Assembly: GCF_963921235.1 (NCBI RefSeq)
Contig: NC_086097.1
Span: 100,008,001 to 100,072,000 of the forward strand
Source: Mobula hypostoma
Lineage: Eukaryota
Direction: 5' to 3'
DNA length: 64,000 nucleotides
A program made the translations under genes and the position numbers. Position 1 is the stretch's first letter. Every line of letters begins with the position of its first letter. The notes beneath the pieces are model-generated. The model saw nothing but the letters and a program-made list of their open reading frames with translations, made no database searches and was not told where the DNA came from. This document shows, piece after piece, positions 1 to 12,838 of this stretch.

Positions 1-935
1 GGAGGGACTCAGCAGGCCAGGCATCTACAGAAAAAAGTATAGTTGACATTTTGGGCAGGACTGGAGTAAATAAGGTGAGGAGTAGATTTGAAAGATGGGG
101 GGAAGGGAAGGAGAAATACAGGGTGATAGGTGAAGCCCAGAGGGGGAGGGGTGAAGTAAAGAGCTGGAAGTTGATTGGCGAAAGAGATATGGGGCTGGAG
201 AAGGGGGAATCTGATAGGAGAGAATAGAAGGCCATGGAAGAAAGAAAAGGGGGGAGCAGCACTACGGGGAGTCGATGGGCAGGCAAGGAGATAAGGAAAA
301 GGGGATGGGGGATGGGGGATGGGGAATGGTGAATGGTCCATTACCGTAAGTTGGAGAAATCGATGTTCATGTCATCAGGTTGGAGGCTATCCCCCCTCTC
401 CCACTTCACCATTCCCCATCCCCTTTCCTTCTCACACCTTATCTCCTTGCCTGCCCATCACCTCCCTCTGGTGCTCCTACCCCCTTTTCTTTCTTCCATG
501 GCTTTCTGTCCTCTCCTATCAGATTGACAGGTGTCTAATTAGTCAGGGTATCAAGGGATATGGGGAAAAAGCCGGAAATTGGAACTAGATAGGTGAATAG
601 TTTAGCTCGATGGGCCGAATGGCCTACTTCTGCTCCTTTGTCTTGTGAATTGTGAATTCCCCCTTCTCCAGCTCTGTATCTCTCTCTCACCAATCAACCT
701 CCCAGCTCTTTACTTCATCCCTTCCCCTTCTGGTTTCACCTATCACCTTATGTTTCTCTCTTCCCTTCCTCACGTTTAAAATCTACTCAGCCTTTTTTCT
801 CCAGTCCTGCCGAAGGGTCTCTGCCTGAAATGTCAATGGTATATTTTTCCCCATAGATGCTGCCTGGCCTGCTGAGTTCCTCCAGCATTTTGTGTGTTGC
901 TTGGATTTCCAGCATCTGAAGATTCTCTCTTGTTT
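1..935. mobile_element. Inverted pair of Penelope-like element 3' regions (minus 1-385, plus ~390-935) with a CR1 3'-end piece at ~520-655
   Basis: Both halves match 61040-61510; degenerate hammerhead at ~801-840. Confidence 0.75.
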
Positions 936-2871
936 GAAGTTAGGCTGGAACTGTTTACAACACTTGTGAGATTACAGCTTCACTATCTGAAGTACCAGTT
1001 GCCGTATTACAAGGAGAGTGCTGGAGAGAGTGAAAATTGGATTTGAGGCTATTGGCAGAAACAGAATTTTGTTCTGATTTCAATGTGGGTATTGTGGGCA
1101 AGACCAGCATTTATAGCTCATCCTGGAGAAGGTGCTGTTGGGGAGGGAGTTTCAATCAGGTATCCCCTTACTCTACTAAATTCAATCATCTTCATCTCTG
1201 TTCACAAAAGTGCCATCCAAGGAATCAGCCTGCTGAACCTTCTCTAAACTATCTCCATGGCAAGAACATTCTTTCATAGAAAAGGAGACCTAAACTGCAC
1301 ATAGTACTCACAGTGAAATCACACCAAGGGCCTGAACAATATCCAAGATCCTTTCACTGACAGCCAACACACCGGCTGCATCTGTGTAGTTACTCACTTG
1401 GACACACAGGTCTTATTGCATCCCCTCCTTTTCCCCAAACATCACACAATGATCTGTTTCCTTGCCTTTGGCACTCAGCGATACCCCACTAATCATCACC
1501 TGGCAACTGGAAACACAACCCATTTATTCCTACCTTTTGTTACCCATCTGCCAATCAGCCCACTCTCCATGTTGGTACATCACTGCAAATCCACAAGCAT
1601 ACTAATTCTGCAAATGGGACCTGGTCAAAACCCTTCTGAGGATCCAAATACACCACATTATAACTTACATCCTCATTTTACATCTTTAAAATGTACTCCA
1701 GCATTATTCCCCCATGGTAACATCAGACTAGCCGGTCTATAGTTCACCCCTTTCTCTCCATTTCCTGCTTAGATAGGAGGTTACGTTCGTTGCCTCCCAA
1801 TTTGTGGGTGTTCACCTGACCCATCCATTCGACACTCCTGCAGTCTACAACTTCCTCCCACACTACCACTTTTGTTTCATATCAAGCAACCAAATTAAAC
1901 ACTCTGCAATATTCTTCAAATGCAACAAGTCTGGCATGATTTCATTGCAAACAGCATTGGAACGACCATCGGCTGTTACCTTCCCTTTTGATGTCATGGG
2001 TTTTATTTATCTGGTAAGTTCATCACATGTGACAGATGGCTGCTAAAGTCATGAACACCATATCAAATACAATCACATCAGAGTAACTGCTTGCATTCTC
2101 CTCAAATAACAGTCAAGCATAACCTTCACCTCCAACTACTTCAGCTGACTCTCACTAAGTGGTGAAGTAAACTGCTCCTCATTTTATTTTCCAGTGATAT
2201 GTCCACCACTGACATTAGGCTAACTGGTTTATCTTCTCCTTTCAATCTGTGGTATTGTTTGTAATCTTCCAGACCTCTAACGAGGGAGGGGCAGCAGAGT
2301 TTTGAATGACATTGTTGATTGAGACTAGAATAGAATGGAGAGCTGCCAGCGCTTCTGAAGCTGCCAAGTCTAAAAGTAACAAAAGCACGAAAGAGGACTT
2401 CAGCAGGAGTTGAGCTGAGGAAGGTTAGAATAAAACTATGCTAGAGGTAGGAATAGCTGAGGTTAGCAACAGCAAGAGTGAAGCATTAATATTCAACTCG
2501 AGTCAAATATCATAGCAGAGTTGCGATCACTCTGAGTTAAGGCAGGCGTGAGGAGTGAGTCGGTGGCAAAGGGATTGAGTCTGCTTGGGGGTCAAAAAGT
2601 GCACATTTCACCTTAGTTGGAGGAAATTTGTTTTCACCCAGTACTGGATGCTGGACAGTTTATAGACAACAGACTGGTATTGTGTACTTGTGTGCAACGA
2701 TACCATTCTCACTGGTTAAAAGCATTCAGTACCTTCTTCACCAAATACCATATGAAATAAACAAGGTAATACAATAAAGAGGAAACATGCAGTTGAAAAG
2801 AAAATAGCCTTGGGAAAAATTACAAGCCCATAACTTTTCCATGAAGTAAATGTATGACAATGATGCCTTAC

Positions 2872-2951
2872 CCATGCTTGAATTACTAAATATTGAAGTC
2901 GGAAGCAGGCTGATATTTGCTGGGGTATCTGCGTGGCCCATAAGACAAAGC
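2872..2951 (-). CDS. DCAF4: DCAF4 coding exon 8 (LCLMGHADTPANISLLPTSIFSNSSM); gene continues beyond this exon, probably left of the window
   Basis: U12 branch site TTTTCCTTAAG then gacag| acceptor; G|gtaagg donor; 80 nt; resembles LCLMGLAETPGCATLLPASLF. Confidence 0.92.
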
Positions 2952-4695
2952 CTGTCACAGCAGCTTAAGGAAAATTACTAGCATTATTATACAGAATTCA
3001 TGACAAACTTATGGAAAGATTGCTGCCAGGTTAGTATTAACAGCTATTTCAGTCCTGGTCAGTGCGTGGTGTGCCCTCTTCGCACTGTTACCCTCAGGAA
3101 GAATAGAAGCCTGAAGGCACACACTCAATTGGTTCAGGAACTTCCCTTCTGCCATTCAATTTCTGAATGGGCATTGAACCATTAAATAGTTACATAAGTA
3201 GTGCAAAAATAGAAATCAAAAGTAGTGTGGTAGTGTTCATGGGTTCAATGTCTATTCAGAAATTGGATGGCAGAGGGGAAGAAGCTGTTCCTGAATCACT
3301 GAGTGTGTGCCTTCAGGCTCCTGTACCTCCTACCTGAGGGTAACAATGAGAAGAGGGCATGACCTGGGTGGTGGGGGTCCTTAATGATAGATGCCCCCTT
3401 TTTGAGGCATTACTCCTTGAAGATGTCCTGGGTACTGGGAAGGCTAGAGCCCATGATGGAGCTGACTGAGTTTACAACTCTCTGCAGCTTACTTCGGCCT
3501 TCCCCCACCCATACCGGACACGATGCAACCAGTTAGAAGGCTCTCCATGGAAGTTCCCGCCTGCTTCAAAAGGACCCAAAACAAGCAGTGTGAGCTGTCT
3601 TCATGACTATCATTTAGTAGCACTCACATCAATGGTGATGAAGTGCTTTGAGAGTTGGTATGCTAGAATTAACTCCTGTCTTAGCAAGGACCTGGACCCA
3701 CGGCAATTTTCCTATTGCCATAATAGGTTTATGGTGGATGCGATTTCAGTGGCTCTTCATGGGGCCTTGGATCACCTGGACAATACAAATACCTAAGTCA
3801 GGGTGCTGTTTATTGACCACAGCTCAGGATTTAAACACAACCATTTCTGATCAATAAGCTGCAGAACTGGGGCCTCTCAACATCCTTCTGCAACTGGATC
3901 CCGATTTCCTAACTGGATAACATCTCTACCTCGCTGACAATCAACACTGGTGCACCTCTGGGATGTGTGCTTAGCCCACCGCTCTTCTCTCTCTCTACAC
4001 TCATGACTGTGAGGCTAGGCACAGATCAGATGCCATCTATAAATATGCTGACAATACAACCGTTGTTGGCAGAATTTCATATGGTGACGAGAGGGTGTAC
4101 GGGAGTGAGATATACCAACTGGTTGAGAGGTATTGCAGCAACAACCCTGCACTCAAAGTCAGTAAGACCAAGGAACTGATATTGGACTTCAGAAAAGGTA
4201 AGATGAAGGAACACACACCAGTCATAGAGGGATCAAATGTGGAAAGAGTGAGCAATTTCAAGTTCCTGGGTGTCACTATCTCTGAGGTTCTAACCTAGAC
4301 CCAACATAATGATGCAGCACAACAGTGGCTATATTTCATTTCGAGTTTGAGGAGGTTTGGTACGGAGGAACAACTGCAGCAACACAGAGTCCAGACTGTG
4401 TCTGGACTGTGGAACTCCTCACTGTCGAGCACCTTCACCGGAAACACTGTAGTGATTCAAGAAGGCAGTTGTCATCTTCTTTAGGAAAACTAGGGATGGG
4501 CAACATACACTGGCTTCATCAGTGATATCCAGAACCTGAAAAATAAATAAACAAACAAAAATCTGGAACTCACCCTCTCACTGGAGGATCCACCCCATGG
4601 CAAAACACAGAACTCAGATGGCATATCAGATCATTTGACGATACAATCATCATGTCAGGCTGCATTATTAAGCTTAGCATGTTTTAAAAGGATAC
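2952..4695 (-). other. U12-type (minor spliceosome) GT-AG intron of DCAF4
   Basis: 5'ss GTATCCTTTT at 4695-4686; branch box TTTTCCTTAAG at 2974-2964, 12 nt from the exon; no polypyrimidine tract. Confidence 0.92.
3050..4450. mobile_element. Rex1/Babar-type LINE fragments (minus 3' part ~3190-3550, plus RT part ~3560-4340) inside the U12 intron
   Basis: VALTSMVMKCFE, LKVSKTKELILDFRK, FKFLGV motifs. Confidence 0.8.
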
Positions 4696-4745
4696 AAGAC
4701 ATGTGAATCATGACCAGAGAGAGAAGCCCAACAAACTGAGGTACC
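4696..4745 (-). CDS. DCAF4: DCAF4 coding exon 7 (GTSVCWASLSGHDSHVL)
   Basis: ttttcag| acceptor; 50 nt; followed by U12 donor GTATCCTTTT; matches SVCWASL..DSH motif. Confidence 0.92.
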
Positions 4746-5579
4746 CTGAAAATTAACAACAGGGAAATTAAAAGATTTCAATAATTCTGTACTATAATTC
4801 TGTTATTGCATGGGAAATAGTGGAATATGATGACCAGTATCAAAATTCACTCAAAACTACATAACACTATTAAAAATTCAGTCACAGCAAATTTAAAAGT
4901 AACTTTGTCATTTATGTTGATTAGAATTTCTAATTAAATAGTATCTCAACATCATTTACACACACGCCACCTCCAGCATTTTCTATGGCTATACCATAGT
5001 ATATTACTGGCAATGTCAACTGATGACATTGGGTATTGGGACTGGGCAGCAGAGCTTTGGATAACCCTGATGGTAGAAGATGGGAGGCTAAATGCAGGAG
5101 AATTGAGAATATTCAATTCAGTTACATAGACTAGGGGTTTATTCCCTGGAATGCAGGAGATTGAAAGGTGACCCGATTAAGGCATATATCTTTTACCCAG
5201 GGTGGGATTGCTGAAAACGAGAGGGCATAGATTTATCATGAGGTGAGAGATTCTTCCGCCAAAGGGCAGCCTGTTCTTGGAATGAGCTTCCAGTAACTGT
5301 GGCTGAGGCAGACACATCAGCAATATTCAAAAGCCATCTAGCCTATACCTGGATAGGACAGGTTTAGAAGGCTACGTACCAAATATGGGCAGGTGGGACT
5401 AGCTCTCTCAGCAACACAGTCAGCATGGACAAGTTGGGCCAAGAGGTTTGATTCCATACCATGTGACTATTAAAGTTTAGACCATTCAACAACAAGAGTC
5501 TGTGCAGTAGGCAATCAGATCCAAGTGATGGTGTAGAGGAAGAACAGGCCATTTGGCGATTGATCCGGACTCTGTGCTG

Positions 5580-5800
5580 GCTGTGTGGATGTTGCTGACT
5601 CGCTCTGTGACACATGGGCTTGCCATAGGTGTTCAGGTTCCCTCCCACATCCCAGAGACTTTCAGGTTAATTGGCCATTGTAAATTGCCTCTATAATAGG
5701 TGAGCCAGGCATGAGAGAGAGAAAGAGGGAAATGGGACAGATGGGAATGCTCTGAAATTTGGCATACATCTAATGGGCAGAATGGCCTTCCATGTCATAA
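5580..5800 (+). mobile_element. Degenerate V-SINE-like SINE (related minus-strand copies at ~24340-24540, ~25700-26005, ~46250-46505, ~54680-54950)
   Basis: ggttccctcccacatccc...ggttaattggccattgtaaattgcc core. Confidence 0.6.
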
Positions 5801-7189
5801 GATGATGTGTAATACAATATATAGTATGGTTCACATAATGTAAATGAAACCCGTAACATTAAATGTGGACTGTTTGCACGGATACAACACTGGCTAGGAG
5901 ACACAGCAGAAAAGAATGGTAAGAGGTTGCTTACCAAACTACAGTGAATCGCAGCACATTCAGTTACACGTTAATGATCTTGGCTCGAGTATAGGAAATA
6001 ATTTCAAAATATGCAGTGACTCAAAACTTGGAAATGTGGTGAACAGCAAGTCGGGTAACAAGAGACTTCAGGAAAACTGACTGGCAGAAAACAGATGAAC
6101 GTTTGCACAGTGTGAAGTGATCCTTTTAGGAAGGAAAAATGAGGAGTGGTTATACAAGGCTAATTCTCCAGTGGATTCAAATACAGGCCTGGGGGTTTTA
6201 CAGGTCTGAGTCTTTAAAGCAGAGAAGGGTATTAAAAAGGCAAATGAGATATTTAGCACTATAACTAGAGACAGTATAAAATGTGAGGGCAGGGGGCAGT
6301 GTTTATACCAAAAGTTAATACCATCGCTAAAAAAAAAGTTGCCACATTACATGCAATTCCAAACACCACACTTGATGACTGCCTTAAGAGGCACAAAGGA
6401 AATTCACAAGATTACCAAGTTTGAGGAACTTCAGGCATGTAATAAAGCCAGAGGAGCTGGCCTGATCTCCATAGCACTGGAAGGCCACAGACAGACTTAG
6501 TAGGGGTTTAAAAGTCTTGCAGTTCTTTGACAAAGTAAGAGAATGGGCAAGAACATGCCAGATGGGATATCATGTGTGGAAATATGAGGCCACTCACTTT
6601 GGTAGGAAATATAGAAAGGGGTGGTATTTTCTAAATGGTGAGACGCTGTAGAGGGCTGGTGTTCAGGAGGGACCTGGGCGTCTTATATAAAAAATGTGTT
6701 AACATGGAAGTTCTGCAAGCTATTAGGAATGCTGATGGGCCCTCTTCAGATAAAATTTGAAATAAAAAGGTTGAAGTGAATGGAGGAATATGGGATTAAT
6801 GCAGGTAATGAGAGCTGAGGTAAAAAAATCAGCTGAAAACTTAGTGAATGAGCGAGGAAGCAGAAGGCAGGGTCCACTCCTGGGTGTATTGCTTATTGAA
6901 TAGAGATTTCTTCTGATAGGGGAAATAAAGATGAATTGTTCCTCATAACATCAACATCAGCAAGATTGGCACAAGAATGAGAGTGAGAATGCTTTCCTGT
7001 CAAAATAGCAAGTTTTATCATACACACTGTCTTTAAAAGGTGCTGGAAGCAAACCCGATAACATTCAAAAGGAAACTGAGCAGCTACATTAAGGGAGAAA
7101 ATCTGGAGGACTACTAGGAAGGACCAGATTGAGTCAAACAGTGTTTTATTTGAGGGATGAGTATGTTATCAATGGGACCGTGACTCTTA

Positions 7190-7872
7190 GGCTATGTCCA
7201 CACCAGACCAGACAGATCCATAACCAAAGCTTTTTCTCTTCATTTTGACCCGCCGTCCACAATGAAATGGTGTTTTCCTCCTCCAAAAACGGAGCTTTTC
7301 AGAAATGCTCTCCAGAATGAATAAATCTGAAAACGCCTAATGGCCGGTGTAGTGTGTACGGGGTTAACCGGCTCTTTTTAAAAATGCTGTCCTGACGTGC
7401 CGGAACAGATGGTGGCGGCAGCGTGGCATTTCATTGTTTTCTTAAACACAACCTCTAACACAACAACAACGGCGGACGGCTTCATGCGTGTGTTGTTTAC
7501 TTTGTCTACGTTAATAGCTTGTTTGGAGTTAAACATACCTATCTACCACGTATAGGCAGCATATCTATGTACAAAAAGGCACCGTTTGTGCTCACAGTTA
7601 CTGTGCAATGGATCTGCACAATGTCAACGTCATTATCAACTGTATAAAGACCGGCGGCTTTGGAGACGACCCGGCCAAACCAGTGCGTGGTGGGAACGGA
7701 AATAGAATGCCTCCTCTTCGGTTGTCCTGCACATGCTCAGTAGGAGGAGATGCGCCCAAATACCCGTTTTAATGTGGACGGAGGTATTTTCAAAAATGCC
7801 TAGTGTGAACGCCTATCGTTTTTACGTGAAGCCGGCGTTTTCAAAATTATCCGGTCTAGCGTGGATGTAGCC
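7190..7872. mobile_element. PIF/Harbinger-type MITE
   Basis: TIRs GGCTATGTCCACACCAGACC / GGTCTAGCGTGGATGTAGCC; TTA TSD at 7187-7189 and 7873-7875; no ORF. Confidence 0.85.
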
Positions 7873-8221
7873 TTAGATTCAATAACAACAAGAGTCTCAC
7901 CACTACTGAAATCACACTTGTGGGAAGTAATTAGTCAGAAATGGCATAAATCAGTGTATTAATATAGAAAATCCCTAGATATACTTCTCAGCTGCCACCA
8001 GCATAGAAATGGTCATAAACTCTCTCAGTACAGATTTATCTAGGGTGTGTAAACAGGGAAGCAAGGCAAAGTATGGACGTAGTGTTGGAGAATTTGGTGG
8101 TGTGAGGAGACTTATGTGGGACATTATGTGGGGCAGGTTGTGCAGTATGGACCACTTCTGTCTGCACATTCTGTATACAATTTACTGATCAGTGAGGATA
8201 TGGCCATTAGAATGTGACCAT

Positions 8222-11107
8222 TCGCAAGGAGCATTCGTAATAAGGTGGATGAACTGAAAGTGCAGATTGTTATTAATGATTATGATATAGTTGGGATCAC
8301 AGAGACATGGCTCCAGGGTGACCAGGGATGGGAGCTCAACGTTCAGGGATATTCAATATTCAGGAGGGATAGACATGAAGGAAGGGGAGGTGGGGTGGCG
8401 TTGCTGGTTAAAAAAGAGATTAACGCAATAGAAAGGAAGGACATAAGCCGGGAAGATGTGGAATCGATATGGGTAGAGCTGCGTAACACTAAGGGGCAGA
8501 AGACGCTGGTGGGAGTTGTGTACAGGCCACCTAACAGTAGTAGTGAGGTCGGAGATGGTATTAAACAGGAAATTAGAAATGTGTGCAATAAAGGAACAGC
8601 AGTTATAATGGGTGACTTCAATCTACATGTAGACTGGGTGAACCAAATTGGTAAAGGTGCTGAGGAAGAGGATTTCTTGGAATGTATGCGAGATGGTTTT
8701 TTGAACCAACATGTCGAGGAACCAACTAGAGAGCAGGCTATTCTGGACTGGGTTTTGAGCAATGAGGAAGGGTTAATTAGCGATCTTGTCGTGAGAGGCC
8801 CCTTGGGTAAGAGTGACCATAATATGGTGGAATTCTTCATTAATATGGAGAGTGACATAGTTAATTCTGAAACAAAGGTTCTGAACTTAAAGAGGGGTAA
8901 CTTTGAAGGTATGAGACGTGAATTAGCTAAGATAGACTGGCAAATGACACTTAAAGGATTGACGGTGGATATGCAATGGCAAGCATTTAAAGGTTGCATG
9001 GATGAACTACAACAATTGTTCATCCCAGTTTGGCAAAAGAATAAATCAAGGAAGGTAGTGCACCCGTGGCTGGCAAGAGAAATTAGGGATAGTATCAAGT
9101 CCAAAGAAGTAGCATACAAATTAGCCAGAGAAAGTGGCTCACCTGAGGACTGGGAGAAATTCAGAGTTCAGCAGAGGAGGACAAAGGGCTTAATTAGGCA
9201 GAGGAAAAAAGATTATGAGAGAAAACTGGCAGAGAACATAAAAACGGACTGTAAAAGCTTTTATAGATATGTAAAAAGGAAAAGACTGGTAAAGACAAAT
9301 GTAGGTCCCCTGCAGACAGAAACAGGTGAATTGATTATGGGGAGCAAGGACATGGCAGACCAATTGAATAATTACTTTGGTTCTGTCTTCACTAAGGAGG
9401 ACATAAATAATCTTCCAGAAATAGTAAGGGACAGAGGGTCCAGTGAGATGGAGGAACTGAATGAAATACATGTTAGTAGGGAAGTGGTGTTAGGTAAATT
9501 GAAGGGATTGAAGGCAGATAAATCCCCAGGGCCAGATGGTCTGCATCCTAGAGTGCTTAAGGAAGTAGCCCAAGAAATAGTGGATGCATTAGTGATAATT
9601 TTTCAAAACTCGTTAGATTCTGGACTAGTTCCTGAGGATTGGAGGGTGGCTAATGTAACCTCACTTTTTAAAAAAGGAGGGAGAGAGAAACCGGGGAATT
9701 ATAGACCGGTTAGCCTAACGTCGGTGGTGGGGAACTGCTGGAGTCAGTTATCAAGGATGTGATAACAGCACATTTGGAAAGCGGTGAAATGATCGGACAA
9801 AGTCAGCATGGGTTTGTGAAAGGAAAATCATGTCTGACGAATCTCATAGAATTTTTTGAGGATGTAACTAGTAGAGTGGATAGGGGAGAACCAGTGGATG
9901 TGGTATATTTGGATTTTCAAAAGGCTTTTGACAAGGTCCCACACAGGAGATTAGTGTGCAAACTTAAAGCACACGGTATTGGGGGTAAGGTATTGGTGTG
10001 GGTGGAGAATTGGTTAGCAGACAGGAAGCAAAGAGTGGGAATAAACGGGACCTTTTCAGAATGGCAGGCGGTAACTAGTGGGGTACCGCAAGGCTCAGTG
10101 CTGGGACCCCAGTTGTTTACAATATATATTAATGACTTGGATGAGGGAATTAAATGCAGCATCTCCAAGTTTGCGGATGACACGAAGCTGGGTGGCAGTG
10201 TTAGCAGTGAGGAGGATGCTAAGAGGATGCAGGGTGACTTGGATAGGTTGGGTGAGTGGGCAAACTCATGGCAGATGCAATTTAATGTGGATAAATGTGA
10301 AGTTATCCACTTTGGTGGCAAAAATAGGAAAACAGATTATTATCTGAATGGTGGCCGATTAGGAAAAGGGGAGGTGCAACGAGACCTGGGTGTCATTATA
10401 CACCAGTCATTGAAAGTGGGCATGCAGGTACAGTAGGCGGTGAAAAAGGCGAATGGTATGCTGGCATTTATAGCGAGAGGATTCGAGTACAGGAGCAGGG
10501 AGGTACTACTGCAGTTGTACAAGGCCTTGGTGAGACCACACCTGGAGTATTGTGTGCAGTTTTGGTCTCCTAATCTGAGGAAAGACATCTTTGCCATAGA
10601 GGGAGTACAAAGAAGGTTCACCAGATTGATTCCTGGGATGGCAGGTCTTTCATATGAAGAAAGACTGGATGAACTGGGCTTGTACTCGTTGGAAATTAGA
10701 AGATTGAGGGGGGATCTGTTTGAAACGTATAAGATCCTAAAGGGATTGGACAGGCTAGTTGCGGGAAGATTGTTCCCGATGTTGGGGAGGTCCAGAACGA
10801 GGGGTCACAGTTTGAGGATAGAGGGGAAGCCTTTTAGGACCGAGATTAGGAAAAACTTCTTCACACAGAGAGTGGTGAATCTGTGGAATTCTCTGCCACA
10901 GCAAACTGTTGAGGCCAGTTCATTGGCTATGTTTAAGAGGGAGTTAGATATGGCCCTTGTGGCTACAGGGGTCAGGGGGTATGGAGGGAAGGCTGGGGCG
11001 GGGTTCTGAGTTGGATGATCAGCCATGATCATAATAAATGGCGGTGCAGGCTCGAAGGGCCGAATGGCCTACTCCTGCACCTATTTTCTATGTTTCTATG
11101 TTTCTAT
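8222..11107 (+). mobile_element. Young CR1 LINE with near-complete ORF2 (APE endonuclease + RT), one frameshift (~9733) and one stop (10434-10436)
   Basis: GITETW, GVVYRPP, MGDFN, SDHN, YLDFQKAFDKVPH, GVPQGSVLGP, KFADDTK; (TTCTATGT)n tail. Confidence 0.97.
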
Positions 11108-11318
11108 ATCAGAATATGGACAACACGAAGATTTGCTATAAGAGGAGAAATGGAAATATACTTTATCATTGGACCTCACAGTCCCAGGGCTAGTCTGAAG
11201 CTTAACATCTTAATCAAGCTGGTGGTCAACTGTGAAAGACTCTGCAGAGGGAGAACAAAAAGTCCTACTAATTTCTTCCTCTTCCACTCCTGTGGCATAA
11301 ACAGGAAAGAATTGAGAA

Positions 11319-11420
11319 GTTAGTCCTGACAAAGGGTCTCGGCCTGAAACGTCGACTGCGCCTCTTCCTATAGATGCTGCTTGGCCTGCTGCGTTCACCA
11401 GCAACTTTGATGTATGTTGC
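11319..11420 (+). mobile_element. 102-nt hammerhead-containing Penelope-terminus insertion with 13-nt TSD
   Basis: AAAGAATTGAGAA at 11306-11318 and 11421-11433; core CTGACAA...GAAACGTCGAC. Confidence 0.8.
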
Positions 11421-11518
11421 AAAGAATTGAGAAAATACTTTACACCTGCTAACCAAGCTTCCAAAGTTATAAATTTGTTTTACAATTATTTTAACCTGAA
11501 TAAAAAATAGCAACAAAC

Positions 11519-11665
11519 CTTGCGAAGTGTGGTGTATAGATTATCACACATGGTCACAGAAATTAAGCCAGATCCCTTCCTACATCCCTCCAGATTCACA
11601 ATTCCATATTTGTAGCCAGTTTCATCATTTTTTACAACAAATAACCGCTCACAATTGGTGTCTGC
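11519..11665 (-). CDS. DCAF4: DCAF4 coding exon 6 (ADTNCERLFVVKNDETGYKYGIVNL...DNLYTTLRK)
   Basis: ttcatag| acceptor, AAG|gtttgt donor; 147 nt; matches the ADTNSDRLF...KYGIINL...ENLYFTNRK pattern. Confidence 0.92.
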
Positions 11666-11934
11666 CTATGAAGTATAGAAGACAATCATTAACTTTTGGA
11701 ATGACTTGGATTCATTGTCCAACAAATTAATATTTAACATGATTCTGACATTTCCAGACAGAATAATTATACAATAAATACTTAAATTCAGCAACAGACT
11801 ACTCAAAAGCAGAAAATAATGTAAATATTCAGAAGAATAGGCAGCATCTCTGAAGAGATAAACTGATCTTGTTTCAAACAACTTTCACCAGAACTGCCAT
11901 CACTTGGCACTGAGGGGAACAGACTGTGCTTACA

Positions 11935-12838
11935 TCGCAGATTGTTTCTACATGACAACTGTGAAAAGAGTGGTGAGGACTGGAGAGTCAGTGACAGCCT
12001 GGAGAGATGGCAACCGGAGCAGAACAGGCTGGCAACCCAATCTGTCTCCTCTGAGAGGAGGACCCCCACAAAAGCTACGATGAATCTAAGGGAAAGATAC
12101 CCCCAGGAGAGCCCAAGAGGGGGGGAGGATGAGCACCCCAGTCGGATGGACACAACAACATCAGACCGAGGCAATGAACAAACGACTATGAGGAAGCAGT
12201 ATGCATGTGGCAAAATCTGCAAGAACGATCGTGGCTTGAAGATCCACCAAGCGAGGATGAAGTGTTTGGCGGGAGCAGGAGCAGCACAACGCGCAGGTGT
12301 CCAACCTGGGGAGACGAAGGAGGGGCCAGGCCCGGAGTCACCCCATAGTGCCCGGAACCTCCATGTGTTGCAAACTAATCCCTCTAACATCAAGTCTAAC
12401 AGGAGGCAGATCAAATGGCCTGCAGCTATCATGCCTTCACTGTGGAAGCAGTTTGATGAAGATGTTAACCAAATTCTGGAGGCAATGGCGAAGGGAGGGG
12501 TTGACAGGAAGCTGCCCAATGGAGGTTGGGTGTAGGGGATTCGCAGCCGATTCCTTAGCTACAGCCTTCAAGCAATTTGGGCATCGAGGGAGAGAGGAAG
12601 AGGAGAGCCATCCGCAGTACCACCGATGCGGCAGAGAGGGCCTCAAGATGGCTGTGGCTCAAAAGAGGGGAGCCATGGAGTCATAAGTAGCTAGCCATCT
12701 GGACACAAGCTGGGGTCTGATCAGCCCCGGCTGGGTCACCTGGAGGAGGTTCTATGATGTTGAAAGACCCGAAACACCTGATGATTCCAGGAACATCACT
12801 CAAGATGTGTCCAGAAGCATCAATAGATGTATGTACAC
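11935..12838 (+). mobile_element. Internally deleted Hero-like (RLE-type non-LTR) retrotransposon
   Basis: N-terminal zinc finger CGKICKNDRGLKIHQARMKC and IKWP..W..FDEDV joined directly to C-terminal PMEVGCRGF; RT absent. Confidence 0.7.

Noticed and set aside
1..2871. Next DCAF4 exon (WSCAW motif)
   Set aside because: Not found by eye; probably lies left of the window
8343..9119. 258-aa minus-strand ORF (and similar ones at 9917, 11803, 41021)
   Set aside because: Antisense shadows of CR1 or Hero coding sequence
8245..11009. Active or domesticated RT gene
   Set aside because: Frameshift, in-frame stop, no ORF1 or promoter; an ordinary young CR1 copy
11177..11245. Extra DCAF4 exon after a strong minus-strand acceptor (ctccctctgcag)
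   Set aside because: No DCAF4 similarity, weak donor, and the flanking exons already join in frame
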